Counted from the stretch's first letter, positions 28,060 to 36,851 are shown. The stretch: DNA of 36,873 nt from Minisyncoccota bacterium (GCA_043728995.1 JAYTLZ010000016.1:1-36873); one strand, 5' to 3'. A program made the numbers and translations. Notes: generated by a model from the sequence alone, not told the origin.

Positions 28060-29183
28060 ACTTTTTCAACAGAAAACTTAAGGATATTCGAAGCCTCGGT
28101 ATACCCGATTTCATTATTTAAATATGCACCTGAAACAAGCCTATTCAAAAGACCACCGTTAGAATCACGCATATTGTTGTCGTGTGATCCACCTTTTCTC
28201 ACCTCAAGTTTCTTAAGCTTAAGATTCTCTTTCGTCTCATTAACGGCTCTTTTTTCAAACTCGGCGGAATCTACATATCTGATTCTTCCAAGTTCCTTGA
28301 GCCTGTAGAAAGTAGCAAGAACGCTAGTCTTATAAATTTCTGAAATTGCAACAATGTCATCGTAGGATGAAATGTTTTTCTGCAAATCAGCGCTTGGGAG
28401 CAATAATTCCGCAGCTACTCTGTTACAAAAAACTTCTTCAGGAGCGAGACGTCCTTTTGGGTCCCTGAAGTCAGGGTTATTTGAAATCGCATCACTTCTT
28501 CTAAAAAAATGAGCGAGTTCGTGAATAAAAGAAAATATCTGCGCAGAACGCGCATCCTTTCTGTTTATTATGATAAACGGTGCGTAATCATTGGATATAA
28601 ACATTCCTCGCATGTCATCAACTTCTATATTGTGACTCGATATTGTCTTGCCAACGAATATGCCATGCCGCTCGGCAAGTGATATCAAATATTCTAGTAC
28701 TCTTTTTTTTGCATCCGCCCTGTTCTCATTCTTAATGTAGCCCAAGTCAATGTTCAGACTTTTAGCAATATGAGCAGCCAATTTCTCAGGAGAATTTATA
28801 TTTCTTCCACTTCCCTGCAGTTTAACTTTTTCAAATCCTTCCTGCTTAAGCCTTTCCTCAACCCAGTGCTGCCTTCTAATTACAAGATTCACGAGCTTGT
28901 TAACGCCAACGCTGTCATCGATGTTGTGTCCAACTCTATAATCTGGAATGACCTTGTGTTGAGGTATCTCTTGTTCTGAAAAAAATAGAAGGAATGGTAC
29001 CTGATAAAGTGCGGCAATGTTCTCAAGCTGGTTCCATGTAGGCACCGTTTTTCCATCTTCCCATTGGCTAACAACGTCCACATCTTTGGACGTAATTTTC
29101 TTTGAGACATACGAAGTAGAAAGTCCAGAATTTAGTCTCGCATTTTTCAGGTTAGACCTGTTGAGAAGGTTGGAGTAGTCCAT
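28056..29183 (-). CDS. XRE-type HTH fused to ImmA/IrrE-family (COG2856) zinc metallopeptidase
   Basis: N-terminal HTH (LKNARLNSGLSTSYVSKKI...VSQWEDGKTVPTWNQLENIAALYQVP). HEXXH motif in FSFIHELAHFF. A TATAAT lies ~20 nt upstream of the ATG. Confidence 0.8.
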   Translation of the reverse strand: MDYSNLLNRSNLKNARLNSGLSTSYVSKKITSKDVDVVSQWEDGKTVPTWNQLENIAALYQVPFLLFFSEQEIPQHKVIPDYRVGHNIDDSVGVNKLVNLVIRRQHWVEERLKQEGFEKVKLQGSGRNINSPEKLAAHIAKSLNIDLGYIKNENRADAKKRVLEYLISLAERHGIFVGKTISSHNIEVDDMRGMFISNDYAPFIIINRKDARSAQIFSFIHELAHFFRRSDAISNNPDFRDPKGRLAPEEVFCNRVAAELLLPSADLQKNISSYDDIVAISEIYKTSVLATFYRLKELGRIRYVDSAEFEKRAVNETKENLKLKKLEVRKGGSHDNNMRDSNGGLLNRLVSGAYLNNEIGYTEASNILKFSVEKV

Positions 29184-29397
29184 TTACTTATATTATAAAT
29201 TATACACGCGACAACGCCAGCGACATACGGGCATAATCCACATCTTACAGCAAGCTTGGCACTCATATCACGCCTCGTCCTGATCTGCCTCTGGTGACAT
29301 TGTGATTATGTCGACCTTACCACCGTAGCCAATACATGTCCAATTCCGCTTAAATACCCATCATTCTTCGAGTGAATCTGTATGTAAATGTAACTGA

Positions 29398-29763
29398 TCA
29401 AAACTTCAGCTTATCCCTAAAATACTCCTTCTGCGAGTACGCGATTGCGCCGAGCGAGATCATGAGCCCCGCTAGCAGGCCAACGTCGCTGTGCGCGTTC
29501 ACCATAAGCCGCTGCAAGGATACGATTGAGATGACTACCATGGCAAAGACGAAGAACGGCGTACGCCAGGACTTGTTCTGGTCCACATAGAACCAGACGA
29601 CGTACAAGCAGAAAATGGTAATAGTAATATGCGCAGATGCATCGAAGCGTATTTCCTCACCAAAAAGCTGCATCGGAATCAGCTTGAACAGAAGAAGTCC
29701 AAGTACCATGAGACTTCCCGCTCGCATCAGGGCACTTAGTTTCTTGTACGTTACTTTTCTCAT
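29398..29763 (-). CDS. small integral membrane protein (121 aa, ~4 TM helices)
   Basis: ORF with four hydrophobic segments. The start lies 19 nt downstream of hairpin element copy 2. Confidence 0.6.
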   Translation of the reverse strand: MRKVTYKKLSALMRAGSLMVLGLLLFKLIPMQLFGEEIRFDASAHITITIFCLYVVWFYVDQNKSWRTPFFVFAMVVISIVSLQRLMVNAHSDVGLLAGLMISLGAIAYSQKEYFRDKLKF

Positions 29764-29781
29764 GGCTGAATTATATCAGAA

Positions 29782-29890
29782 CCGCAGGAAATATTTGCAG
29801 GGAGGGCGTTGCGGAGGGCGACGGCGCGAGCACCAGCCGATTTTTCCCCAGAAAAATACGGCGTGCCCTTGCTGCAAATATTTCCTGTGG
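29782..29890 (-). repeat. Long-arm hairpin element, copy 2 (same core as copy 1, unrelated arms)
   Basis: Arms CCGCAGGAAATATTTGCAGGGAGGGC (29782-29807) and GCCCTTGCTGCAAATATTTCCTGTGG (29865-29890) pair at 22 Watson-Crick positions plus one G.U of 26. Positions 29805-29867 match the reverse complement of 26385-26447 at 62/63 positions. Confidence 0.85.
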
Positions 29891-29910
29891 CTCTGAAGTA
29901 ATAACATATA

Positions 29911-29949
29911 GCAAAAGCCGCGAGACAGAATATGTCTCGCGGCTTTTGC
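29911..29949 (-). terminator. Intrinsic terminator of the rpsF-ssb-rpsR operon
   Basis: GCAAAAGCCGCGAGACA-gaata-TGTCTCGCGGCTTTTGC, a 17-bp stem just downstream of the rpsR stop. Confidence 0.85.
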
Positions 29950-29955
29950 CTTGTG

Positions 29956-30162
29956 TTAGTTCTTGAGGTACGGCATAAGTCCCATGAACCGAGATCGCTT
30001 GATAGCCATGGCTACCTTGCGCTGGTTCTTGGCGTTAAGGCCTGTTCGTCGTCGTGAAAGCATTCGTCCGAATGGGTTCACAAACTTCGTCAGGATCTCA
30101 ACAGCCTTGAAGTCTACATGCTTGATCTGATTCTCCTCAAAATAATCGCTCATTTTGCTCAT
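29956..30162 (-). CDS. rpsR: 30S ribosomal protein S18
   Basis: 68 aa with FVNPFGRMLSRRRTGLNAKNQRKVAMAIKRSRFMGLMPY, typical of S18. Confidence 0.93.
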   Translation of the reverse strand: MSKMSDYFEENQIKHVDFKAVEILTKFVNPFGRMLSRRRTGLNAKNQRKVAMAIKRSRFMGLMPYLKN

Positions 30163-30193
30163 AGTACTGCTTTAACGGTTAATAATTATGCAA

Positions 30194-30652
30194 TTAGAAT
30201 GGAATGTCCTCGGGGTTGATGTCGTCGGCTGGATAGTCGATCGATCCTCCACCCATCTCTGGAGTGTCAGTAGGCTCGGACGGTCGTTCCTGTGCGGGTG
30301 ACCCGCCCTCAAACGCTGTTCCTCCCGTCTTTGGTCCGAACTGGAAGCTGTCTGCAACGATCTCCGTTCGATACTGCTTCTTGCCGTCCTTGTCGTCCCA
30401 GCTCCGTGTCTGGATTCGTCCTTCAACGAATACTGACTGTCCCTTCTTGAGGTACTGCGCGGCAGTGTCAGCCGGCTTACCGAAGAGTACGATGTTGTGA
30501 TAATCGACGTTCTCCTGCTTCTTGCCGTCCTTGTCCTTCCATGTTCGGTTGGTCGCGATGCTGAACGACGTTACTGTCATTCCTGATGGTAATGCCTTCT
30601 TCTCTGGATCCCTTGTTAAATTCCCTACCAATATTGCTTTGTTTATATACAT
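30194..30652 (-). CDS. ssb: single-stranded DNA-binding protein
   Basis: OB fold NKAILVGNLTRDPE...NIVLFGK...VFVEGRIQTRSWDDKDG, a Gly/Pro-rich linker and an acidic C-terminal tip DIPF. Confidence 0.93.
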   Translation of the reverse strand: MYINKAILVGNLTRDPEKKALPSGMTVTSFSIATNRTWKDKDGKKQENVDYHNIVLFGKPADTAAQYLKKGQSVFVEGRIQTRSWDDKDGKKQYRTEIVADSFQFGPKTGGTAFEGGSPAQERPSEPTDTPEMGGGSIDYPADDINPEDIPF

Positions 30653-30719
30653 GTCTTTATGTTCTCAAACGCCCATCCAATAGTCAATCAAAGGCTTTAT
30701 CAAGCCTTTAGATTTCCTT

Positions 30720-31268
30720 TTATACGAGCTTATCGATAGCCTCGTCGACCTTCTGGTCGTTGGCCTTTTCGTCAGCAGGAACCTCAGCCTCTACGGCCTC
30801 AGCAGCCTCCTTAGGTGCCTCCTCTACGGGTGCAGCCTCGACGACCTCCTCGAAGGCAACATCATCCTCATCGCCGGCCAAAGCCTTGGCAACGTCAGCG
30901 GATGATACTGGCTCCTCGTTCTTAGTGATAATAAGCAAGCTTCGAAGGATATCCGTTCGGAGCTTGAGTTCCTCTTGTACATTCAGGATCTGCGCGCCTG
31001 TAGCCTCAAGAATAATCCACGCGAAATACGCCTGGTTATGCTTGTACTTCACAGACTCGACGGTTATCTCCATCTGGTATGCAAGGTTTAGTAATGCGGG
31101 TGCACTCTCGTTTTTGATAGTAGCCCCAGAAGCGATGAATTCATTTTTTATATCAGTAAATGTCTTGAGCGCCTCCTCCTCTGACATCTTTGGAACAATA
31201 TGAAAGGCATACTCGTATACACGTGCCTCCCTCTCATCTTGTACTGATTCTATTACTTTTTTAGCCAT
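30720..31268 (-). CDS. rpsF: 30S ribosomal protein S6 with long acidic C-terminal extension
   Basis: S6-like N-terminal ~120 aa (YEYAFHIVP...) in the conserved rpsF-ssb-rpsR order. A ~60-aa E/A/D-rich tail follows. Confidence 0.8.
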   Translation of the reverse strand: MAKKVIESVQDEREARVYEYAFHIVPKMSEEEALKTFTDIKNEFIASGATIKNESAPALLNLAYQMEITVESVKYKHNQAYFAWIILEATGAQILNVQEELKLRTDILRSLLIITKNEEPVSSADVAKALAGDEDDVAFEEVVEAAPVEEAPKEAAEAVEAEVPADEKANDQKVDEAIDKLV

Positions 31269-31307
31269 AGGAGGTTACAGTATCACGATTTGGGGTGTGA
31301 GGCAAGG

Positions 31308-32081
31308 CTAGATGCCGAAAATCCTGCTTGTATTCGCCCTGACCACCTCTGCCAGCGCATCTGGCTCCAGCTGCTTGATTTGGGCTATTTTGGAGGCTAT
31401 TTCGATGACATTACGAGGGTCGTTGCGGCGGCCCCGGACGGACTTGGGGGCCACGAACGGCGAGTCAGTCTCGATCATCAGGGAGTCGGTCGGCACAAAG
31501 GACACCAGGTTCTCATAGTCCTTCACGAAAGTCACCACGCCCGTAAATGAGACCGTGAAGCCCAGGTCCAGGATGGTTCGGGCAGTGTCTATTGGTTCGG
31601 TAAAGAAATGGAAGTTGGCGCGCAGGCCGGGGTGCGACGTCTTGTATGAGCGCAGTACGTCGAGCGTCTCGGGATATGCCTGGCGACAGTGGATCATCAG
31701 GGTCTTGTCGTGCGCGATGGCCAGCTCGATCTGCTTCTCAAAAAACGAAAGCTGGAGTGCCTTGGTCTCGCCATCGTTGGCGTCACGAAAGAAGTCGAGT
31801 CCGCACTCTCCTATTCCGACGCACTTGGGGTGCGCAAGGAGCGATTCCATCTCGTCTATGTCAGAAAGCTGCGCTTCCTTGGCATGAACCGGATGTACAC
31901 CTACGATTGCCCAGATGTGCTCGTTTTCCTCTGCGAGCCTGATAGATGCCCTGCTCGAGTCCGGCGTCGTTCCAATATTGATTGAGCCAACACCTTGTGC
32001 CTTCATGTCCGCAATCACCTCCGCCCTGTCAGCGTCAAAATCCGGGAAGTCGAGATGGGCGTGGATGTCTATGTATTTCAT
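31308..32081 (-). CDS. tatD: TatD-family metal-dependent hydrolase/DNase
   Basis: IDIHAHLD start motif, GECGLDF, HCR and ETDSPF motifs. Confidence 0.9.
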   Translation of the reverse strand: MKYIDIHAHLDFPDFDADRAEVIADMKAQGVGSINIGTTPDSSRASIRLAEENEHIWAIVGVHPVHAKEAQLSDIDEMESLLAHPKCVGIGECGLDFFRDANDGETKALQLSFFEKQIELAIAHDKTLMIHCRQAYPETLDVLRSYKTSHPGLRANFHFFTEPIDTARTILDLGFTVSFTGVVTFVKDYENLVSFVPTDSLMIETDSPFVAPKSVRGRRNDPRNVIEIASKIAQIKQLEPDALAEVVRANTSRIFGI

Positions 32082-33512
32082 TTAGATGCGGTTAAAGATT
32101 GGAGTCTCGGGTTTCTTGTGATCCTTGATTGCCTCAAGAATTTTTTCAGCTGTCATAGGAAGAAACGGTCGAAGCATCAGAGCAATCTTGCAGAGCTCCA
32201 GCACGAGTTCGATGATTATTTTTTCACCTGCATCCTTGTCAGTCTTGATCAGCTTGAACGGCTCCGTCACCTGGATCTTTTTGTCCAAGTCAGAAATATA
32301 CTGCCATACGATGTGGGATGCGTTATGCAAATCCAGCCCCTGCATAGCCACGTCATATTCAGCAGGAATATCAACCGACAACACAATCATGTCCTGTGGC
32401 ACATTATCTTCTGCCATCTTCAAAATTCGATTTGTCAGGTTACCGATTCCATTTGCAAGGTTCGCATTGTACGCCTCCTTGAATCTATCAATATTAAAAT
32501 CTCCATCCTCATGCGGACTCAGTTCGCGAATCGCGAAGTATCGCAGCGCGTCAACGCCGTACTCGTTCACGATCTCGACCGGGTCAATCACGTTACCGAG
32601 CGACTTGGACATCTTCTGTCCATCCACCGTGATGAATCCGTTTATCAAAATATGCGATGTGTGCGGAAGTCCCACCGAAGCAAGCATGGCCTGCCACATC
32701 GCAGACTGCTGACGCAGGTTGTCCTTTCCGCAGATCTGCACGATGGTCGAGTCCTCATTGTTCCAGAACGTCGTAAAGTCCTCGCCATCTGGCCATCCAA
32801 GTGTAGAGATATAGTTCACGAGCGCATCGAACCACACGTACATAACCTGGGTATCGTCCCCAGGCACGGGGATTCCCCATTCCATCTTTTCCTTCACGCG
32901 CGAAATGCTGAAGTCTTCCAGACCGTCCTTGATCTGGTTCTTTATCTCGTTGAGGCGAAACTCTGGAATCACGAAGTCCTTTTTTTCATACAAGGAAAGA
33001 AGTTGCGTCGCGAACTCGGAATATTTGAAGAAATAATTCTCCTCGGAAATTTCCTCAAGTGTCATGTTCGGATGGTCGGCGCACTTCCCGTCTACCAGAT
33101 CACGTCCGGTCTTGAACAGCTCGCATCCCTTGCAGTACAGACCGCTGTAGTTCTTCTTGGTGATGAATCCTGCGTCGGCACACTTCTTCCAGAATTGTTG
33201 GGCAGCCTTCTCATGCCGGTCGTCTGTCGTTCGGATGAACGCGTCGTATGAGATGTTGAGAGAATCCTTGAGGTCCCTGAATGCCTGCGAGTTTCGGTCG
33301 CATAATTCCTGTGGGGTGATCCCTTCCTCCTCTGCTTTCTGCGAAATCTTTACGCCATGCTCGTCTGTTCCCGTATTGAAGAACACGTTCTTGCCGATCA
33401 GTCGCTGATAGCGTGCGATCGCGTCAGCACGAATAATCTCGATGGCGAATCCGAGATGGGGCTTTGCGTTCACGTATGGCAACGTGGTCGTAATGTAAAA
33501 GTTTTTCTTCAT
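32082..33512 (-). CDS. metG: methionine--tRNA ligase (short form without C-terminal tRNA-binding domain)
   Basis: LPYVNAKPHLGF (HIGH-type), a Cys knuckle (CKGC...CADH) and KMSKSLGN. Its stop abuts the tatD start. Confidence 0.93.
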   Translation of the reverse strand: MKKNFYITTTLPYVNAKPHLGFAIEIIRADAIARYQRLIGKNVFFNTGTDEHGVKISQKAEEEGITPQELCDRNSQAFRDLKDSLNISYDAFIRTTDDRHEKAAQQFWKKCADAGFITKKNYSGLYCKGCELFKTGRDLVDGKCADHPNMTLEEISEENYFFKYSEFATQLLSLYEKKDFVIPEFRLNEIKNQIKDGLEDFSISRVKEKMEWGIPVPGDDTQVMYVWFDALVNYISTLGWPDGEDFTTFWNNEDSTIVQICGKDNLRQQSAMWQAMLASVGLPHTSHILINGFITVDGQKMSKSLGNVIDPVEIVNEYGVDALRYFAIRELSPHEDGDFNIDRFKEAYNANLANGIGNLTNRILKMAEDNVPQDMIVLSVDIPAEYDVAMQGLDLHNASHIVWQYISDLDKKIQVTEPFKLIKTDKDAGEKIIIELVLELCKIALMLRPFLPMTAEKILEAIKDHKKPETPIFNRI

Positions 33513-33536
33513 ATCTTCTTTAGGAAAACCGGAGCG

Positions 33537-34622
33537 TTACTTGTCGTTGAGCATCTCGAGCTCCTTCACCTTTGACTTCTCGACGTCTGCCAAGAACTCC
33601 ATAAGAGCTGCCGCAACGGGAACCGCAATGATCATACCGAGGAATCCTGCGAGCTGCGCTCCAACGATCAGGGCAAGGATGGCAAGGAGCGAAGGGATTC
33701 CGATAATCTTCTTTACTACCATCGGGTGGATAAGATGGTTCTCAAACTGCTGAATCACGAGGTACAGACCAAGCGTCAGAACTCCGAGAGAGAATCCGTC
33801 CTGGATAAGTGCGACTCCGACTGCAGGAATTGCGGCAAGGATCGGTCCAAAGATCGGGATCAGCTCGAAACATGCCGCGAGCAAGGCCAAGAGAAGCGCG
33901 TTGTTTACGCCGAGAATAGAAAGTCCGAGATAGGTCAGCACTCCGACGATCACGCCAAGGAGAAGCTGTCCCTGCATCCAGAGACCGATCTTTCGCTGCG
34001 AGCGCTTCCATAGGTCGATGATGTACTTCTCATGCTTGACCGGAGTCACTACCCGCAGGAAGCTGGCTACTCCGTCCTCCTGTACCGCAAGATAGAACGA
34101 GATCACGATGATCAGCACGAAGCTGAAGATTCCTCCGAACACCGTTCCGGCCGTCTGGAAGAATCCGAATGTCGCCTGCCCTGCATATCCCCCGACCTGT
34201 CCGAGGAGGTTTCCGCTTGAGACCTGCTCGCTGAGCTGGTTAAAGATGATCGACAGTCCAGGAATCTTCTCAAGATCTGCAGCGTCTACTGACTGGATAT
34301 ATTGAGGAATCGTGTTGATGACACTCTTTACGTCAGACGCGAGCGGAGGAAGTACGATGGTCGTAACCGCTCCAACCGCAACAAGAATCGACAAGTACAG
34401 CGTAATAACTGCGACTGGACGAGGAATCCTGTGCCGCATGAACCACTTGGTAGCAGGCTCAACCGCAGATGCGATAACAACGGACGTTAGGATCATAAGA
34501 AGCAGGTCTCGCAAGAGATATGCCAGATATGCCAGGAATAAAATAACAAGTGTCTTCACTACGGCGCCCGCCGTAAACTCAATTGCAATGGGCTGGTTTA
34601 ATTTGTCCTTCATATAATCCAT
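33537..34622 (-). CDS. AI-2E family transporter (PerM/UPF0118 permease)
   Basis: Multi-TM protein with ELIPIFGPILAAIP and a conserved C-terminal helix pattern. Start trimmed to the ATG at 34622 (MDYMKDK). Confidence 0.85.
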   Translation of the reverse strand: MDYMKDKLNQPIAIEFTAGAVVKTLVILFLAYLAYLLRDLLLMILTSVVIASAVEPATKWFMRHRIPRPVAVITLYLSILVAVGAVTTIVLPPLASDVKSVINTIPQYIQSVDAADLEKIPGLSIIFNQLSEQVSSGNLLGQVGGYAGQATFGFFQTAGTVFGGIFSFVLIIVISFYLAVQEDGVASFLRVVTPVKHEKYIIDLWKRSQRKIGLWMQGQLLLGVIVGVLTYLGLSILGVNNALLLALLAACFELIPIFGPILAAIPAVGVALIQDGFSLGVLTLGLYLVIQQFENHLIHPMVVKKIIGIPSLLAILALIVGAQLAGFLGMIIAVPVAAALMEFLADVEKSKVKELEMLNDK

Positions 34623-34737
34623 ACTATCACAGAGTTTGCGGAGTTCAACAAGGAAAATAAAGGGCGTTTGCCGCACCACCCTCTTTGACAAAGTACACAA
34701 AGAACGTTACTTTGAAGATTGCGCTCTTTTTTGAACC

Positions 34738-35247
34738 ATGAATACTACTCCCATCCCGCCAGAAGAAAAAGCAACATTGAAGCGTCTCATCCAAACCGGG
34801 AGAGATCTCATCCGTTACTGCAACCGAACCACTCCCAGCATCGCGCAGATCGCGAGCGCCTCGATTCATTCCAACGTGATCGAGAAGATCAAGAAACGTC
34901 CTGATTTCAAACCCGAGGACTTGTACGTCCTGGTATATGACGAGTGTCGCTCCCGCAAGGATCGCCATCGTCAGCCAACTAGCCCAAGTGATGACCCAAA
35001 TTCTGACCATTCGAAAGCGACTTACTTGGCTGTCTACGGATTTGCCGACATGGTCATGGAATCACTCGACGGATTCAACCCGCTCATGCAGGATGGGTCC
35101 GAGGAATCGCTTCCCGACTACTACCGCGACATCATTTGCCTTCAAACCTGCCTGGTAAATCTGCATCGCATGCAGATCCATGCCGACAAGGCCGTTCCGG
35201 TGGAAGAGAAGGAAAAGGAGAAGAAGAAACTTCTTACCACACACTGA
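34738..35247 (+). CDS. hypothetical protein (169 aa), no family recognised
   Basis: ORF with ATG start followed by the hairpin terminator at 35262-35301. Lys/Glu-rich C-terminus. Confidence 0.5.
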   Translation: MNTTPIPPEEKATLKRLIQTGRDLIRYCNRTTPSIAQIASASIHSNVIEKIKKRPDFKPEDLYVLVYDECRSRKDRHRQPTSPSDDPNSDHSKATYLAVYGFADMVMESLDGFNPLMQDGSEESLPDYYRDIICLQTCLVNLHRMQIHADKAVPVEEKEKEKKKLLTTH

Positions 35248-35261
35248 ATCATTCAAAACCA

Positions 35262-35301
35262 AAAGGGTCCGCAGCACTTGTGCAGCGGACCCTCTTTTTT
35301 T
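35262..35301. terminator. Bidirectional terminator between the hypothetical gene (+) and the M16 peptidase gene (-)
   Basis: AAAAGGGTCCGCAGCAC-tt-GTGCAGCGGACCCTCTTTTTTT (one internal mismatch). Confidence 0.8.
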
Positions 35302-35317
35302 ATATACTTCAAAAATT

Positions 35318-36589
35318 TTAAATCTTCAGCAGCTTCTCAAACGACTTCGCCTCCTTCTCCTCGAACGGGCCAATCAGCGCGAGGTTAAGATTCTTTTCCT
35401 GCATGATTTCCTTCATAACCTTCTTGATGTCGGCTGCGGTCACGGCCTGGATCTTCTTTACATAGTCTGCTGGTTTGAGGATGTCCTCATGCAGCAATTC
35501 CTGGAATCCGAAGAAGTCCGCAACGTCCTCAGACGTCTCGAGACCGATCGAGAAGTTTCCGATCATGTAGTCCTTAGCCTTCTTGAGTTCCTTTGGCGGA
35601 ATGTCCTCAGTTAGGATCTTCTTGTACTCTGCCATGATGACCTCAACCGCCTCATGCGTTCGGGCATTCGTCACGCCTGAGCGGACGAGAAATGCTCCTC
35701 GGTCGGTGTAGGCGTCGATCCCTGCCTTGGTGTAGTAGCACATGCCGAGCTCGTCTCGCATCTTGGTGAAAAGTCGCGAGCTGAATCCCTGACCGAGAAT
35801 CGTCGCGGCAACCTTAAGCGCGTAGTTCTTCCTGTTGTGCTGGTCGAACGACCTGAATCCGACGATAAGGTGCGTCTGGTCAGTCTTCTTGTACGTTACC
35901 TTTACCTGCGGCTTTGTCTGCGCGAACTTCGTCTTGGATCGCTTGGCGATTTTCTTGTTGATCGCTGGTGCAAAGGCCTTCTTCAGCTGCGAGATTATTT
36001 CCTTCTCATTAATATTCCCTGCAACGACAAAAACCGTCTTGGCAGGAACGTAATGCAGGTCATGATATGCCACGAACTCCTTCTGGTTAAATGCGAGGAT
36101 GTTCTCCTTTGGACCGATGGTTGGTCTACCCGCGGATGTCTCCGGATAGAGAAGTCTCTGCCAATGGTCGACAACTGTCTGCTGAGGCAGATCCTCATAC
36201 ATATTGATCTCCTCGATGATCACTCCCCGCTCGATGTCGATGTCCTTCTGAGGGAAAGTCGGATTGAGATAGATGTCAGAAACGAAGTCGATAACCTTGC
36301 CGATCTTGGACTTGTGCGCCTTGGCGTAGTAGCCGGTAAACTCGTTCGAGGTGAAGGCGTTAGCAGATGCACCCATGCCATCGATTTCGACCTTGATCTG
36401 GTCGCCAGTTCGATTGGTCGTCCCCTTGAAGCACATATGCTCGAGGAAGTGCGAAAGACCATTGAGCTCCTTTGACTCGTAGTCAGAACCCGTCTCAACG
36501 AGTACCATTCCGATCGCGCTCTGGCTCTCGGCAAGTGGAATCGTGATAATTCTCATGTCGTTTGGCAATACGGTCTTTTTGTATTTCAT
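35318..36589 (-). CDS. M16-family (pitrilysin/insulinase-like) zinc peptidase
   Basis: Inverted zinc motif HFLEHMCFKGT (HxxEH) near the N-terminus. The 423-aa two-domain length is typical of M16B. Confidence 0.9.
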   Translation of the reverse strand: MKYKKTVLPNDMRIITIPLAESQSAIGMVLVETGSDYESKELNGLSHFLEHMCFKGTTNRTGDQIKVEIDGMGASANAFTSNEFTGYYAKAHKSKIGKVIDFVSDIYLNPTFPQKDIDIERGVIIEEINMYEDLPQQTVVDHWQRLLYPETSAGRPTIGPKENILAFNQKEFVAYHDLHYVPAKTVFVVAGNINEKEIISQLKKAFAPAINKKIAKRSKTKFAQTKPQVKVTYKKTDQTHLIVGFRSFDQHNRKNYALKVAATILGQGFSSRLFTKMRDELGMCYYTKAGIDAYTDRGAFLVRSGVTNARTHEAVEVIMAEYKKILTEDIPPKELKKAKDYMIGNFSIGLETSEDVADFFGFQELLHEDILKPADYVKKIQAVTAADIKKVMKEIMQEKNLNLALIGPFEEKEAKSFEKLLKI

Positions 36590-36644
36590 ATGGGGGTATT
36601 ATACATAAATAAGGGTGCGGGTGAAGCAAAAGCCCATGACCTTA

Positions 36645-36851
36645 TTAGCGAATTGTCGGAAGTTCGAATGCCTGTGCCAGCTCATAAATTGGCTTCGTTT
36701 GCAAAGTCAACTTTGCATCAAGTGAGGATTCCATGGAGAATTCATCTACATTAGCTAAAAACCCTCCCTCGCCCAAAAGCCCCTCAATCACGATTGCTGC
36801 CGCCTGCCAGCGATCGTGTTGCTCAAGAATTTCCGTCTCTGGCGCAATCAT
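36645..36851 (-). CDS. small hypothetical protein (68 aa)
   Basis: ORF only, close to the window edge, with no motif recognised. Confidence 0.3.
   Translation of the reverse strand: MIAPETEILEQHDRWQAAAIVIEGLLGEGGFLANVDEFSMESSLDAKLTLQTKPIYELAQAFELPTIR

Noticed and set aside
31995-33251. 418-aa ORF on the + strand
   Set aside because: It is entirely antisense to metG, which has clear class I synthetase motifs. Its composition is His/Leu/Arg/Val-rich with no motifs, as expected for a shadow ORF.
35837-36475. 212-aa ORF on the + strand
   Set aside because: It is antisense to the M16 peptidase gene, which carries the HxxEH motif. This is a shadow ORF.
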